Source: an uncultured Spirochaetota bacterium
GTDB lineage: Bacteria; Spirochaetota; UBA4802; UBA5550
Reading direction: 5' to 3'
Length of the DNA stretch: 64,000 nt
NCBI GenBank assembly: GCA_963827275.1
Contig: CAWHAA010000004.1
Coordinates: 640,001-704,000 of the forward strand
Shown: positions 20,267 through 29,928 of the stretch, piece after piece
How positions within the stretch are numbered: the stretch's first letter is position 1
Layout: every line of letters starts with the position of its first letter
The notes under the pieces: model-generated
What the model was told of the DNA's origin: nothing
Databases searched by the model: none
The model's input: only the letters and a program-made list of their open reading frames with translations
Translations under genes and position numbers: made by a program

Positions 20267-20710
20267 ATGAGTGAAGCCTTGTTGGTAAAATCGGTGTTCC
20301 TGTTTATCGTTTTCTGGGGAATCGGGATCGTCATGCTCTGGTTTCGGCCCAGGGTTGAAATAATATGGAAGATCATCGCCACGGTGATTCTCTTATTTTA
20401 CATCTGGTTCTTTTTCGATGAGATACGCGGCGGTTATACCGCCTTCGCGGCCGGGTGGTACGGGTTCAGCATAAATTTTCTAAAAGAGCTCCTTTCTCTG
20501 GTATTTGTTAACCTCTTTTTCATCTGGCCATTGTGTCTGGTAATCATATTTTACAAAGCCGATGCGATCGGCGCGGAAAAGCTCCTTAAATTTCTATGCG
20601 TGCTGACACTCGTGCTATGGGTGGTGTTCATCATCTATTTTTTCTTCAGCAAGGGCATTGATGAGTTCATGCTCAAGAACCTGAAAGAGATGGTGCCCCG
20701 TGCGAAATAG
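20267..20710 (+). CDS. membrane protein (4 TM)
   Basis: GAGG RBS; four hydrophobic segments. Confidence 0.75.
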   Translation: MSEALLVKSVFLFIVFWGIGIVMLWFRPRVEIIWKIIATVILLFYIWFFFDEIRGGYTAFAAGWYGFSINFLKELLSLVFVNLFFIWPLCLVIIFYKADAIGAEKLLKFLCVLTLVLWVVFIIYFFFSKGIDEFMLKNLKEMVPRAK

Positions 20711-21221
20711 GGCCCGCAGCGCCGCTGCCGCCGTCCTTGCCGCGTGCATGATCGCCGGCCCGGGCGCGGCGGCCCAGCAGAGGGAGAGCTCCACCGAACT
20801 CTATCGGAAAGGAGCACGTCTTGCCATCGATGGCCAGCTGGACAAAGCGATCCAGGTTTTCAGCAGGGTCGTAGAGATCAGTCCGTATTACTGCATGGGC
20901 CATTACGGGCTTGGCAAGGCGTACCTGCATAAATACGGTATGATGGACGACGCGATCAGGCACCTGCGGACCGCGGTCAGCCTTGACCGCAGGTACGTGA
21001 AAAGTTATTTCTACCTGGGAATGGCGTATTTTATCGCGAAGAAGTACACGGAAGCCGCCCGCGCCTTTAAGGCGGCGTATGACCAGGATGACACCTATAT
21101 CGAGGCCCTTTATAACCTTGGTGTAGTGTATGAGATCATGGACAAGAGCTACCAGTCTTCTGTGTATTTCAGCAGATATCTCGGGGAAAAGACCAGGGAA
21201 GAAGAAGATATCCTGTTTTAG
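20700..21221 (+). CDS. exported TPR protein
   Basis: Signal peptide; HYGLGKAY, YFYLGMAY and LYNLGVVY repeats. Confidence 0.85.
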   Translation: MRNRARSAAAAVLAACMIAGPGAAAQQRESSTELYRKGARLAIDGQLDKAIQVFSRVVEISPYYCMGHYGLGKAYLHKYGMMDDAIRHLRTAVSLDRRYVKSYFYLGMAYFIAKKYTEAARAFKAAYDQDDTYIEALYNLGVVYEIMDKSYQSSVYFSRYLGEKTREEEDILF

Positions 21222-21483
21222 GCTTCCGTTCCGTGTCCGCTGTTTTTCATCATGCTGCGGACAATCCGTGCTATTGATCTGCCGTACGCCTGTTCTATCC
21301 GATGCAGGCAGCGCATGCGTTCCGCCGGCGGTTCGCGGCGAATAAATCCAAACAGGCACTTCCCGGCAATTATGTCATCAGATTTCATCACATGCTCCCG
21401 ACGCTGTTTGTCTATCCTTTCATGGTATAGTTATCGGTATCCGGGACGTACGGGTTAAGTATAGAGCGCTTGAGAGCGATGCC

Positions 21484-21789
21484 CTAAATTTTGAAGAGGC
21501 TCCCGGCTTTCTTTTTCCCCAGTTCATGCTCATAATCGCTGTAATCGACGAATACCAGGTGCGGAAGTTTTCTCCTGGTCCTTCCCACGATCTCAAATTT
21601 ACCGCCCTGGGCCTCTTTGGACGTTACGTACTTGAATTCCCTGCCGCATGAAGGGCATTTTTTCAGATCTTTCAGCTCGATCCCTATCTTCTTGCATGCG
21701 GGGCAATGCCCGTATTTATCGTCCACGATAATGATATGGTCTTCGATGTCCTGGAGATCGACCTCAGTCCAAACCCGTATATGTTCCAT
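21484..21789 (-). CDS. zinc-ribbon hypothetical protein
   Basis: CPAC and CPSC pairs; AGGAG RBS before MEHIRVW. Confidence 0.7.
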   Translation of the reverse strand: MEHIRVWTEVDLQDIEDHIIIVDDKYGHCPACKKIGIELKDLKKCPSCGREFKYVTSKEAQGGKFEIVGRTRRKLPHLVFVDYSDYEHELGKKKAGSLFKI

Positions 21790-21821
21790 TGTCCGCTCCT
21801 GATTATATATTTTGACTTTCT

Positions 21822-22859
21822 CTAAATTCCCTGGCAGTGAGCCGGTTCCCGGCAACATTTTTCTTCAACAACACTGTTCTTTTCAACCCGGAAGCGCCTG
21901 ATTGCTTCTTCTGGATTCCGGCTGAAGTAGTCCTCAACAATGCGCTTGATAGGCTCTATTGTCTTCTCCCTGCGGATGTTTGTGAATAGCTCATGTCCGT
22001 ACCGCGCATTCCTTGTGAAATAAGCGCAGAAGCGATGGCTCCTGCTCTGGTGGAGGCGCTCAGGAAGATATTCCTGCATATATCCGAGCGTTTTCAGGAA
22101 AATACTGCATATGTCCACATCATGAGAGGAAGTCCCGCCGTTCATGAGATCGTCGATAAGGCTGAATATCCAGGGCGATTTCACCGCTTCCCTGCCGATC
22201 ATGATGCCGTCGCACCCGGTTTCATTCATTTTTGTCAGCGCTGATCCCGGCGTGTCGATATCGCCGTTGCCGATCACCGGAATTGATAGCCGGCTTTTGG
22301 CAAGGGCGATCAACCGCCAGTCGGCTGTTCTCCTGAAGCCGAGTTTTGCATACCGGGGGTGGAGCGCAATGAAGTCAACGCCTTCGTTTTCAAGCATGCT
22401 GATGAAGTCGAGAAATTTCTGTTCGTGATAGTTATCGTATCCGGACCGCATTTTGACAGAGAGGCGCGCCCGTGTCGCATCGCGGCATGATCTGACGATA
22501 GCACGCGCTTTATCGATATCGGTCAGGAGTCTTGCGCCCTGTCCTTTCTTTACTATTTCGTGGTTGGGGCACCCCATATTGATGTCCACGCCGTAGCAGC
22601 CGGTTTCAGAAAGTATCGCGCAGGCATCCGCCATTACTGAGGGGTCTCCGCCAACGATCTGATATATCAGCGGATGGTCAAAATCACGCATCGTGACAAG
22701 CGGCTCATTGTGGGGCGCTCCTGCGGCAATGGCCCCGGCGCTGAGCATCTCTGAGTAAAGAATAGTCCGCGGACAAAGGTCTTTAATAATATGCCGCAGC
22801 GCGGGCGTTGAGGTTTCTGCCATGGGGGCAAGAAACAGTTTTCCAGGAAGAGCGCTCAT
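21822..22859 (-). CDS. tRNA-dihydrouridine synthase (DusB-like)
   Basis: LAPM, DINMGCP, SVKMRSG, PVIGNGDI, GIMIGR. Confidence 0.9.
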   Translation of the reverse strand: MSALPGKLFLAPMAETSTPALRHIIKDLCPRTILYSEMLSAGAIAAGAPHNEPLVTMRDFDHPLIYQIVGGDPSVMADACAILSETGCYGVDINMGCPNHEIVKKGQGARLLTDIDKARAIVRSCRDATRARLSVKMRSGYDNYHEQKFLDFISMLENEGVDFIALHPRYAKLGFRRTADWRLIALAKSRLSIPVIGNGDIDTPGSALTKMNETGCDGIMIGREAVKSPWIFSLIDDLMNGGTSSHDVDICSIFLKTLGYMQEYLPERLHQSRSHRFCAYFTRNARYGHELFTNIRREKTIEPIKRIVEDYFSRNPEEAIRRFRVEKNSVVEEKCCREPAHCQGI

Positions 22860-22988
22860 ATCCTTTATTATATGAGCGAGTGGGGAATTGTCAATTTGAT
22901 TTTATTTTACTGATGTATAGTGAAAATATTTAATCATCTATCTCTGTAAATCGTATATAGAGCGAAACTGATTTCAGGAGGTAGTTAT

Positions 22989-23471
22989 ATGTGTGTTGAT
23001 ACGACAATCATTATAAATTTCATATTGCTGGATAGAATTGCCCATGCATCATATATGTCCGGCATATCGAAAAATCATCTGATTTCTTCATTGATGAGAA
23101 GGCTTTCCGATGATCATAAAACACTGGTGAGATCCTGGACAAGGGTCCGGTATCAGGAAAGGGAACCAGACAGGAACTGGTGCCGCATGCATCTGTCTCT
23201 CAGGCCGGATGAGTATGAGTTTTTTCTTGATATGAGGAAGGCTTTTAAATGTTCCGTGTCGTGCCTCGTAGCGTATGCTATAGAGAAATATCTTGATCAA
23301 ATTATAAATAAGATTCGCCAAGATCCCGATAACTATAGATATAAAAACTATATGATATTTCGAATTATCATTGATGACGTAATTTGCTGGATGTATTATT
23401 GGGGTATACCAAGAACCCTCATCTCCAATCCGCAAAAATTTATCACTCAATTCGGATTACATATTACTTGA
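22989..23471 (+). CDS. hypothetical protein, possible ribbon-helix-helix-like DNA-binding protein
   Basis: AGGAGG RBS; AT-rich. Two strand-helix-helix-like segments (..LLDRIAHASYMSGISKNHLISSLM; MHLSLRPDEYEFFLDMRKAFKCSVSCLVAYAI). Resemblance to spirochaete DUF1564-like proteins is from memory only. Confidence 0.55.
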   Translation: MCVDTTIIINFILLDRIAHASYMSGISKNHLISSLMRRLSDDHKTLVRSWTRVRYQEREPDRNWCRMHLSLRPDEYEFFLDMRKAFKCSVSCLVAYAIEKYLDQIINKIRQDPDNYRYKNYMIFRIIIDDVICWMYYWGIPRTLISNPQKFITQFGLHIT

Positions 23472-23524
23472 CGACAGGTATATCATCTATAAATACGATA
23501 ACAATCGTAATCAAGGAGCATAAC

Positions 23525-24859
23525 GTGGAGTTGAAACGGAATATTGGACTGATAACAGCGATGATGATCATAGTCGCCGATGTTATCGGGACCGGGATTT
23601 TCATGACTACCGGCGAGGTCCTCGGCATGACGGGCAGCGCGCTTTCAGTACTGGTTTTATTCGGAGTGGGAGGGCTCATTGCCCTGACCGGATCACTCTG
23701 TTATGCCGAGATGGCCACCATGTGGCCGGAAGATGGCGGAGAATATGTATATCTGAAAAAAATATATGGGCCACTTCCTTCATTCCTGAGCGGGTGGATA
23801 TCACTTATCATCGGTTTTTCACTGGCGGCGGCCATGTCGTCAATCACTGCGGTGAACTATATCAACAAGCTCTCGGCCGGCGGGCTAATATCCGGCTTCT
23901 GGCTCCCGAAATTAATCGCCGCAAGCATCATCGTATTTTTCAGTATTATTCATGTCATAGGCGTTCAGAAGGGAAGTGCAATCCAGAACATTTTGACTAT
24001 TGTAAAGCTGCTCGTGGTTTTTTTATTCATCGCTATGGGCTTTTATTTCGTGGATTGGATCCAGGCAGGCAGGCTGACTGCCATATACCCTGTCGATGAG
24101 GGATCGTCCATTTTGAAGTGGGGATCAGCGCTTATCATAATCATGTACGCCTATTCGGGATGGAACGGTACTACCTATATCGCCGGGGAGATCAGAAACC
24201 CCGACAGGAATCTGCCGCGTGCCCTCTTTTTTGGCACCCTGCTGATAACTATCATCTACATGGCGATGAACCTCGTTTACCTGATGTCTGCAACGGGACA
24301 GGATATCATGACGGAGGGGAAATACACCATCGGGGCGCTGGCTGCAAAGAATCTTTTCGGCCCCTCCATCGGGCCCATATTTGACGCATGTATAGTTATC
24401 GTCCTCCTTTCTTCTGTTTCGGTGCAGATGATGATAGGGCCGCGGGTAACCTATGCGATGGCGAAAGACCGGACAATATTCAGCTCTCTCGAGCGGATAA
24501 ACCAGCGCTTCCAGACGCCGGACCTCGCAATCATCGTACAGATGGCGATTGCCGTGTTTTACGTGTTCATCGGTTTCGATGCTATTTTAAAAATGCTTAT
24601 TTACATGGGGTTCGCCTTGAGCATATTCCCGCTCGTTACAGTCATCGGGATGGTGTACCTCAGGCTTAAAAAGCCGGAGCTTAACAGGCCATTCAGGGTC
24701 CCGTTGTTTCCGATTATTCCTATGATATATATTCTGCTGATGCTCGGTGTTATTGTTACTACACTTATTGAAAAGACGATCCCTTCGCTCTTTGCGATTG
24801 GTGCCGTGGTACTGGGGGTCGTGATATATTTTATCCGTGAAAAAATGAAAAGGACATGA
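23525..24859 (+). CDS. APC-family amino acid permease
   Basis: LKRNIG, IGTGIF, YAEM..M.PEDGGEYVYL, YAYSGWN, EIRNP.RNLPRA; GTG start after AAGGAG. Confidence 0.92.
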   Translation: MELKRNIGLITAMMIIVADVIGTGIFMTTGEVLGMTGSALSVLVLFGVGGLIALTGSLCYAEMATMWPEDGGEYVYLKKIYGPLPSFLSGWISLIIGFSLAAAMSSITAVNYINKLSAGGLISGFWLPKLIAASIIVFFSIIHVIGVQKGSAIQNILTIVKLLVVFLFIAMGFYFVDWIQAGRLTAIYPVDEGSSILKWGSALIIIMYAYSGWNGTTYIAGEIRNPDRNLPRALFFGTLLITIIYMAMNLVYLMSATGQDIMTEGKYTIGALAAKNLFGPSIGPIFDACIVIVLLSSVSVQMMIGPRVTYAMAKDRTIFSSLERINQRFQTPDLAIIVQMAIAVFYVFIGFDAILKMLIYMGFALSIFPLVTVIGMVYLRLKKPELNRPFRVPLFPIIPMIYILLMLGVIVTTLIEKTIPSLFAIGAVVLGVVIYFIREKMKRT

Positions 24860-24902
24860 TAGGGAAGGACGATAGTTATCCGGCTCTATTCATGAATTGT
24901 AA

Positions 24903-24932
24903 AATGAAAGCCCCCATCCGGGGGCTTTCATT
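24903..24932. terminator. bidirectional intrinsic terminator
   Basis: AATGAAAGCCCCC-ATCC-GGGGGCTTTCATT between convergent genes. Confidence 0.8.
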
Positions 24933-24940
24933 ACTATGAA

Positions 24941-26104
24941 TTATTTTATTTTTTCAGCCGTCATCAGGTTTGACTGCCCCTGCTTGTACACGTAGCCGTA
25001 GCTGAAGGGGAGCCTGCCCGTCGATTTTGCGTCCATCTCCTTTTTTAAATCGTTCTGCATGCGGTTCGCGAACAGGCCGATCGGCCCGTTGTAGTAGCCG
25101 TGAAAGGCGAGCTTCCATTCACCGGGCTTGAAGTACCTGAGCGGGATCCCCGAATCATCCTGGACGAGGTACTTTATTGAATCGAGTATGGCTGTCCGTA
25201 TCTTCGTGAATTTTATCTCGTCGTTGTGCATGAGGTATGAGGCGGATTTCAGAATGACCGCATAGGGCCCGTTCTTCTTTATATACGGGACGAAATTGGG
25301 CGACGAGGCGGTCAGTGCGTTGTCGATGACGTTCAGCATGAAATACCGCACGGTCTGCTTTTTCCCGTTCGCTTTCCTGAATGCTATCTCCACGCCGGGA
25401 ACGCGGGATTTCGGAGGATTCTGCCAGTCGATCCGGTCGTCGGACGGCGTGCCTGCCGCAACCTCGCTTTTTTCGTTGATAACGATCTTGCTCGCGTCAA
25501 GGATCTCGTAGCCGTTCGTGGAGAGGAAATACATGATGATGCCCGCGATGCTGTTGAACGAGTTATTGCTCATCTCTGCGGCCATGCCCTCGGTCTTGAA
25601 GAAATTCATGTGCAGAATATCGCCGAGCGAGCCCCTGAGACCGTTCAACCCCCTGTTGATCTGGTCGGCGGTCATGGAATGGGGGTCCGGTATGATCCCC
25701 GGCGGCTCGAGCCCGAACATGATATAGTTATCGCCGTCCGGGAAAAAGGTAAGGGCATTCATGATGTCGGGACCGCTGAAGGGGTACAGGACGGCGTCCG
25801 GGCAACGCGACGGCCGGTATCCGGTCCACCAATCGCGTATCTTCTGGATATTCGGCTGCTGCAGCTTGTTCCATGACGATTCCATCTGCTGGCGGTATGT
25901 TTTGTAAAATGCCGATTCGGTGTAGTGGAAAAGCTTCGATCCCTTCGGAAGGTCTTTCCCCGCGAACAGGAGCGCCGCTTCATTGAGCTTTGACGGAGCG
26001 CCGCTTTTTGCGAACCCGCTGTCCTGCTGCCCGCAGTTGGTGAAAGAAACAAGCAGGATGAGGCCTGTTATCATCATGACGGTTTTTGGGGGTATTCTTT
26101 TCAT
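24941..26104 (-). CDS. hypothetical lipoprotein (YPFSGPD family), paralogue of 56127-57428
   Basis: Lipobox FTNC; YPFSGPD, KSASYLMH, VQDDSGIP and LPFSYGY motifs shared with the paralogue. Confidence 0.75.
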   Translation of the reverse strand: MKRIPPKTVMMITGLILLVSFTNCGQQDSGFAKSGAPSKLNEAALLFAGKDLPKGSKLFHYTESAFYKTYRQQMESSWNKLQQPNIQKIRDWWTGYRPSRCPDAVLYPFSGPDIMNALTFFPDGDNYIMFGLEPPGIIPDPHSMTADQINRGLNGLRGSLGDILHMNFFKTEGMAAEMSNNSFNSIAGIIMYFLSTNGYEILDASKIVINEKSEVAAGTPSDDRIDWQNPPKSRVPGVEIAFRKANGKKQTVRYFMLNVIDNALTASSPNFVPYIKKNGPYAVILKSASYLMHNDEIKFTKIRTAILDSIKYLVQDDSGIPLRYFKPGEWKLAFHGYYNGPIGLFANRMQNDLKKEMDAKSTGRLPFSYGYVYKQGQSNLMTAEKIK

Positions 26105-26321
26105 GCATGGTCTCCACGAATACGTGATGGCGCCGGTGTCCGGCTCTGGGAATATAGGTTCCATGAAGCGGAGCTGTCAAGCTTTTATGCCGGGATGGTA
26201 TATTTTTCTTGACTAAAATCAATTGAGCGCCCAGCGTGTTGCGTAAGATCGTACTTTCCCGCACGGAAATTTTTGCGGGGCGTCTGTCTTTGAATCATAC
26301 TTCGGATTGTCGGAAGGCGGC

Positions 26322-26825
26322 ATGACCAGAAAATACGGAACGATGATACTTTTCTGCGCAATGGCGGCGGGCCTGTTGCTTGCCGGGTGCGCAAAGGTCC
26401 CCGGGAAACTACTATCACCGACCCTGAGGATTGAGCCGGTCCCGGGAAACAACACGCCCATGTACAAGCTGATGCTCTCCACCGGCATGCAGAATGAAAA
26501 CGATGATGTCGTATTCCTTAACATGAAGGGCAACGTATTCTTTAAGGATACGGGGAAGACGGGCGCTCGCGTCCTTACCGTGCCGTTTGAGCTTCCGGTC
26601 CTGCTTCCCTTCGACACCGGCATCATTGAAATCGAGAAGATCTATCCCGAGGCGGAGATCATGCCGCTGGTCCGCTTCCTCGGTTCGGACAGGGATAAGC
26701 TGGCAAGTGAGAAGGCCCTGGAGCGGTCATTCGCGGATGATGATGCTATCGGTTTTGAGTTAACCGGGTACGAGAAAAAAAATATCCTGGATGTGCTCAA
26801 GGATAAAGTGAATGAAAAAAATTAA
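26322..26825 (+). CDS. hypothetical lipoprotein
   Basis: Lipobox LAGC. Confidence 0.7.
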   Translation: MTRKYGTMILFCAMAAGLLLAGCAKVPGKLLSPTLRIEPVPGNNTPMYKLMLSTGMQNENDDVVFLNMKGNVFFKDTGKTGARVLTVPFELPVLLPFDTGIIEIEKIYPEAEIMPLVRFLGSDRDKLASEKALERSFADDDAIGFELTGYEKKNILDVLKDKVNEKN

Positions 26826-27249
26826 TGACAGCAAAATATATCTCACGCTTGCACTGGTGACCCTGGTAGTGGGCATCGTCCTGGGGGCCGTGTCGTTTTA
26901 TTCCATCCTCGTGGTAGAGCCAAAGGTGGAACGGCTGCTTGCCGACCGGAGCGCTATCGATGCGAACCACAAGCAGGCCTACCTCCTGCTCCGGGATCCC
27001 CAGGTGTTCGCGGGGTACGGCTATTTTGACGCCGAGGGAATCTCAGTAAGGAATTCGCTGGCTTTTTTCGACAAGCGGATATACTCGGGCGAAGAGATCG
27101 ATGCCACCCGCACCGCGTACCTCGACCTTCTGCTTGACCGGCGTAAAAAAGGATCGGTACTCGGAAGAAATACCATGGTCTTTTTCCTTCTCCTGTCGCT
27201 GGTGTTTTTGGCGCTCGCATATCAGGAAAGAAGGTCTGCCGGCGCGTAG
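26812..27249 (+). CDS. membrane protein (2 TM)
   Basis: Hydrophobic N- and C-terminal segments; overlaps the previous gene. Confidence 0.7.
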   Translation: MKKINDSKIYLTLALVTLVVGIVLGAVSFYSILVVEPKVERLLADRSAIDANHKQAYLLLRDPQVFAGYGYFDAEGISVRNSLAFFDKRIYSGEEIDATRTAYLDLLLDRRKKGSVLGRNTMVFFLLLSLVFLALAYQERRSAGA

Positions 27250-27403
27250 GCCCCCTTGAATTTTGCTCTTGACAATGCTTTTACGTTAAAATCATACTTT
27301 TTTATTGCTTCGGCATGATGGGTGCCATGCGGGTCTAATATGTCCTGTTGCGCCGGGCGGCATGCGCCTCCCGCACTATATACTGATGATGTAGCGTATA
27401 ATA

Positions 27404-28502
27404 ATGAAAAAAAAGATAATGGTCATCGATGACGAGGAGCCGATACGCAAGCTCCTGTCTGCGGATATTGAACGGCGCCGGGTATGACGTGGTCGCCGCC
27501 TCGAACGGAAGGGAGGCCCTTGAACGGCTCGAGGGCGTGTCCGTCGACCTTATCATGCTCGACATGAACATGCCGGAGATGGACGGCCTGAGCTTTCTCC
27601 GGAAGGTACGGCAGGGCGATATCACCCACGTGCCGGTCCTGATGGTGTCGGGAGAGGCAAACCCGGAAAATATCGTCGAGAGCTACAAGCTGGGCGTGTA
27701 CGATTTCATCCGCAAGCCCGAGCAGACGGAAGTGATGCTCAAGCGGGTGGAAAACGGCCTGAAAATCGGCGAAATGATCAATTTCAACGAGTTCATCAGG
27801 GTCGAGCTCCTGATGGCCAGGAAGCTCCAGAAGTACCTGTTCCCCGAGCCGGCGATCCATACCGAACGGGTGAAGATACATACCTGGTCCATGCCCCTCT
27901 CCGACATCGGCGGTGACCTCTATGACTATGTCATATTCCGTGACGACCGGACGATTTTTTTCGTCGCCGATGTATCCGGCCACAGTATTTCCGCGTCCCT
28001 CTATACGGCCATCGTGAAGATGGTGTTCCGCAATGCGCTGCAAAAAACCGTTGTCCCGGGCGAGCTCCTGTCAGTCATGAACAGGGAGCTGTCGGGCAAT
28101 CTGCCGGTTGAATCTTTCGTCACCGCTTTCTGCGGCCTTTTTGATCCCGCGGGCCGCGTCTTGAAATACTCCAACGGCGGCCATCCAAAGCCGTTCTGCC
28201 TTTCGGGCGATACGGTGGTCCAGCTTGAAGAAAACGATTCATTTCTCGGGCCCATCGTGGACGCGAAATACGAGACCCACACCCTCGATCTGCCGGAAGG
28301 GGCGAGCATTCTGGTCTATACCGACGGGATTCTTGACCTGATGAGCGACGAGGACAAGCCCGTCGGTCAGAAAATGCTTCTCGAGGTCCTGAACTCTCCG
28401 GGAACAACACCCCTGGAAAAATTCAGGATGATACAGAAACATGCCACCGGCCCCGATTTCGCGGTGGTGGACGACTGTACGCTCATGCTGCTTGATTTTT
28501 AG
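27404..28502 (+). CDS. response regulator receiver + PP2C/SpoIIE phosphatase (frameshift near 27455)
   Basis: MKKKIMVIDDEEPIR start in another frame; LDMNMPEMDG, IGGDLYD, ADVSGH, YTDG, DDCT. Confidence 0.9.
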
Positions 28503-28507
28503 TTGAA

Positions 28508-28696
28508 TTATGCGGAAAAGGTGGGGTCTTTTTTGATCAGGATCTCCTTGATCTTCGCGTCCCCTGCCGAAAAGTAGATGATGGGCGATTCCATCAGCGA
28601 ATATTCATCAATCAATCGTATAAAATCCTCATCGCGCTTGAGATCGATGAGATCTATTTCCCTGAATTTTTTGTTCCCGATAAATATTGCTTTCAT
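28508..28696 (-). CDS. small hypothetical protein
   Basis: 62 aa, AGGA RBS, protein-like composition. Confidence 0.5.
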   Translation of the reverse strand: MKAIFIGNKKFREIDLIDLKRDEDFIRLIDEYSLMESPIIYFSAGDAKIKEILIKKDPTFSA

Positions 28697-29226
28697 GTCA
28701 CATCCTATCCGGTTATTGAGGCAGCTTCACGGCATCGTTTCAGCAAGTCATCCGCCGGCACATAGAAAGGAAGAAATCAAGACATACTGGTCATTGTGAA
28801 TTCAGTTACATCATGCCGGTGTTGGTAAGTGTATAATCTATCGCAAGGGTACAACCATTAATTTATTTGTCCAGCATTTTTATCGTGAAATTTTTTTTAG
28901 AGATAAAATAATATCATAAAAAAAATATTTTGTTATGTCTGATTGGTCGGGCTGGAAATGCGTTCTGCCCGGTCAAGGAAATTTTAAAAAAATCTTTGGA
29001 CGAGCATCAATGCTTTCGCACTCGTCCAGCGGGGAGCGGGATAGGTGCGCGTGATCCTTCCGCCGGGTACTCTCCCGCCGCTCAGGGGCTGCGTTGCAGT
29101 TCATCGTCGCACCATCCTCCCCGATGAATCCATAATATTAAATTTGCGATTGACTTTTAAAAGTACGTTAATATAAATTGACCACAAATTTATGTCTGTT
29201 TAACTTCCCGGCAGGTTATTGGTAGC

Positions 29227-29925
29227 ATGAAATTCACAAGAAAAGGAGCTCCTGTTATTATAGGTATCGCCGTGATGCTGTCCGCCATACCGGGGGCGTA
29301 TGCATTCAAGTTCGATTTCACAACGGTGAGCGATATCGTCGACAATATCAAAAAGAATTTCGGCAAAATCGATTCGTACCAGGCTAATTTCAGCATCCTG
29401 TCTGAGAAAACAGGCAAAACGACCCGCCAGACCGGCACCATCAAGTACAAGGCCAATAACAAGCTCTCCATTGAATTCAGCCAGCCATACGGGCAGAAGA
29501 TCGTGTCCAACGGCAAGACCATGTGGATCTATATCCCGTCCATGAATGTTGTTGCCGAGCAGGACCTCGATCCCGAATCTGGGATCTTTACTGCGGGGAC
29601 GAAGAGCGGCCTGAACTGGCTCTTTTCGAAATATCATTACCGGTTCGCCTCCAAGGACCAGCCTGAGGTGCAGGATGACGGCACGAAGCGGTATACCCTC
29701 ATCCTCAAGCAGAAGGAGAGCCGGAGCGGCTACCGGAAGATGAAGCTGTGGGCGAACGAGCGCTATTTTATCGTCCGCGCCCAGGGCGAGACGTCAACCG
29801 GCAAGAAAGTGGACATCTCCTTTACCGATCTGAAAACAAATGTCGCAATGCCCAACGGCATATTCAAGCTGGACATACCGGCGCGGGCCCGCGTTATAAA
29901 AAATCCAATGATATCAGAGGAGTAA
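29227..29925 (+). CDS. lolA: outer-membrane lipoprotein carrier protein LolA
   Basis: Signal peptide; P.GQKIVSNGKTMWIY.P. Confidence 0.85.
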   Translation: MKFTRKGAPVIIGIAVMLSAIPGAYAFKFDFTTVSDIVDNIKKNFGKIDSYQANFSILSEKTGKTTRQTGTIKYKANNKLSIEFSQPYGQKIVSNGKTMWIYIPSMNVVAEQDLDPESGIFTAGTKSGLNWLFSKYHYRFASKDQPEVQDDGTKRYTLILKQKESRSGYRKMKLWANERYFIVRAQGETSTGKKVDISFTDLKTNVAMPNGIFKLDIPARARVIKNPMISEE

Positions 29926-29928
29926 CTA

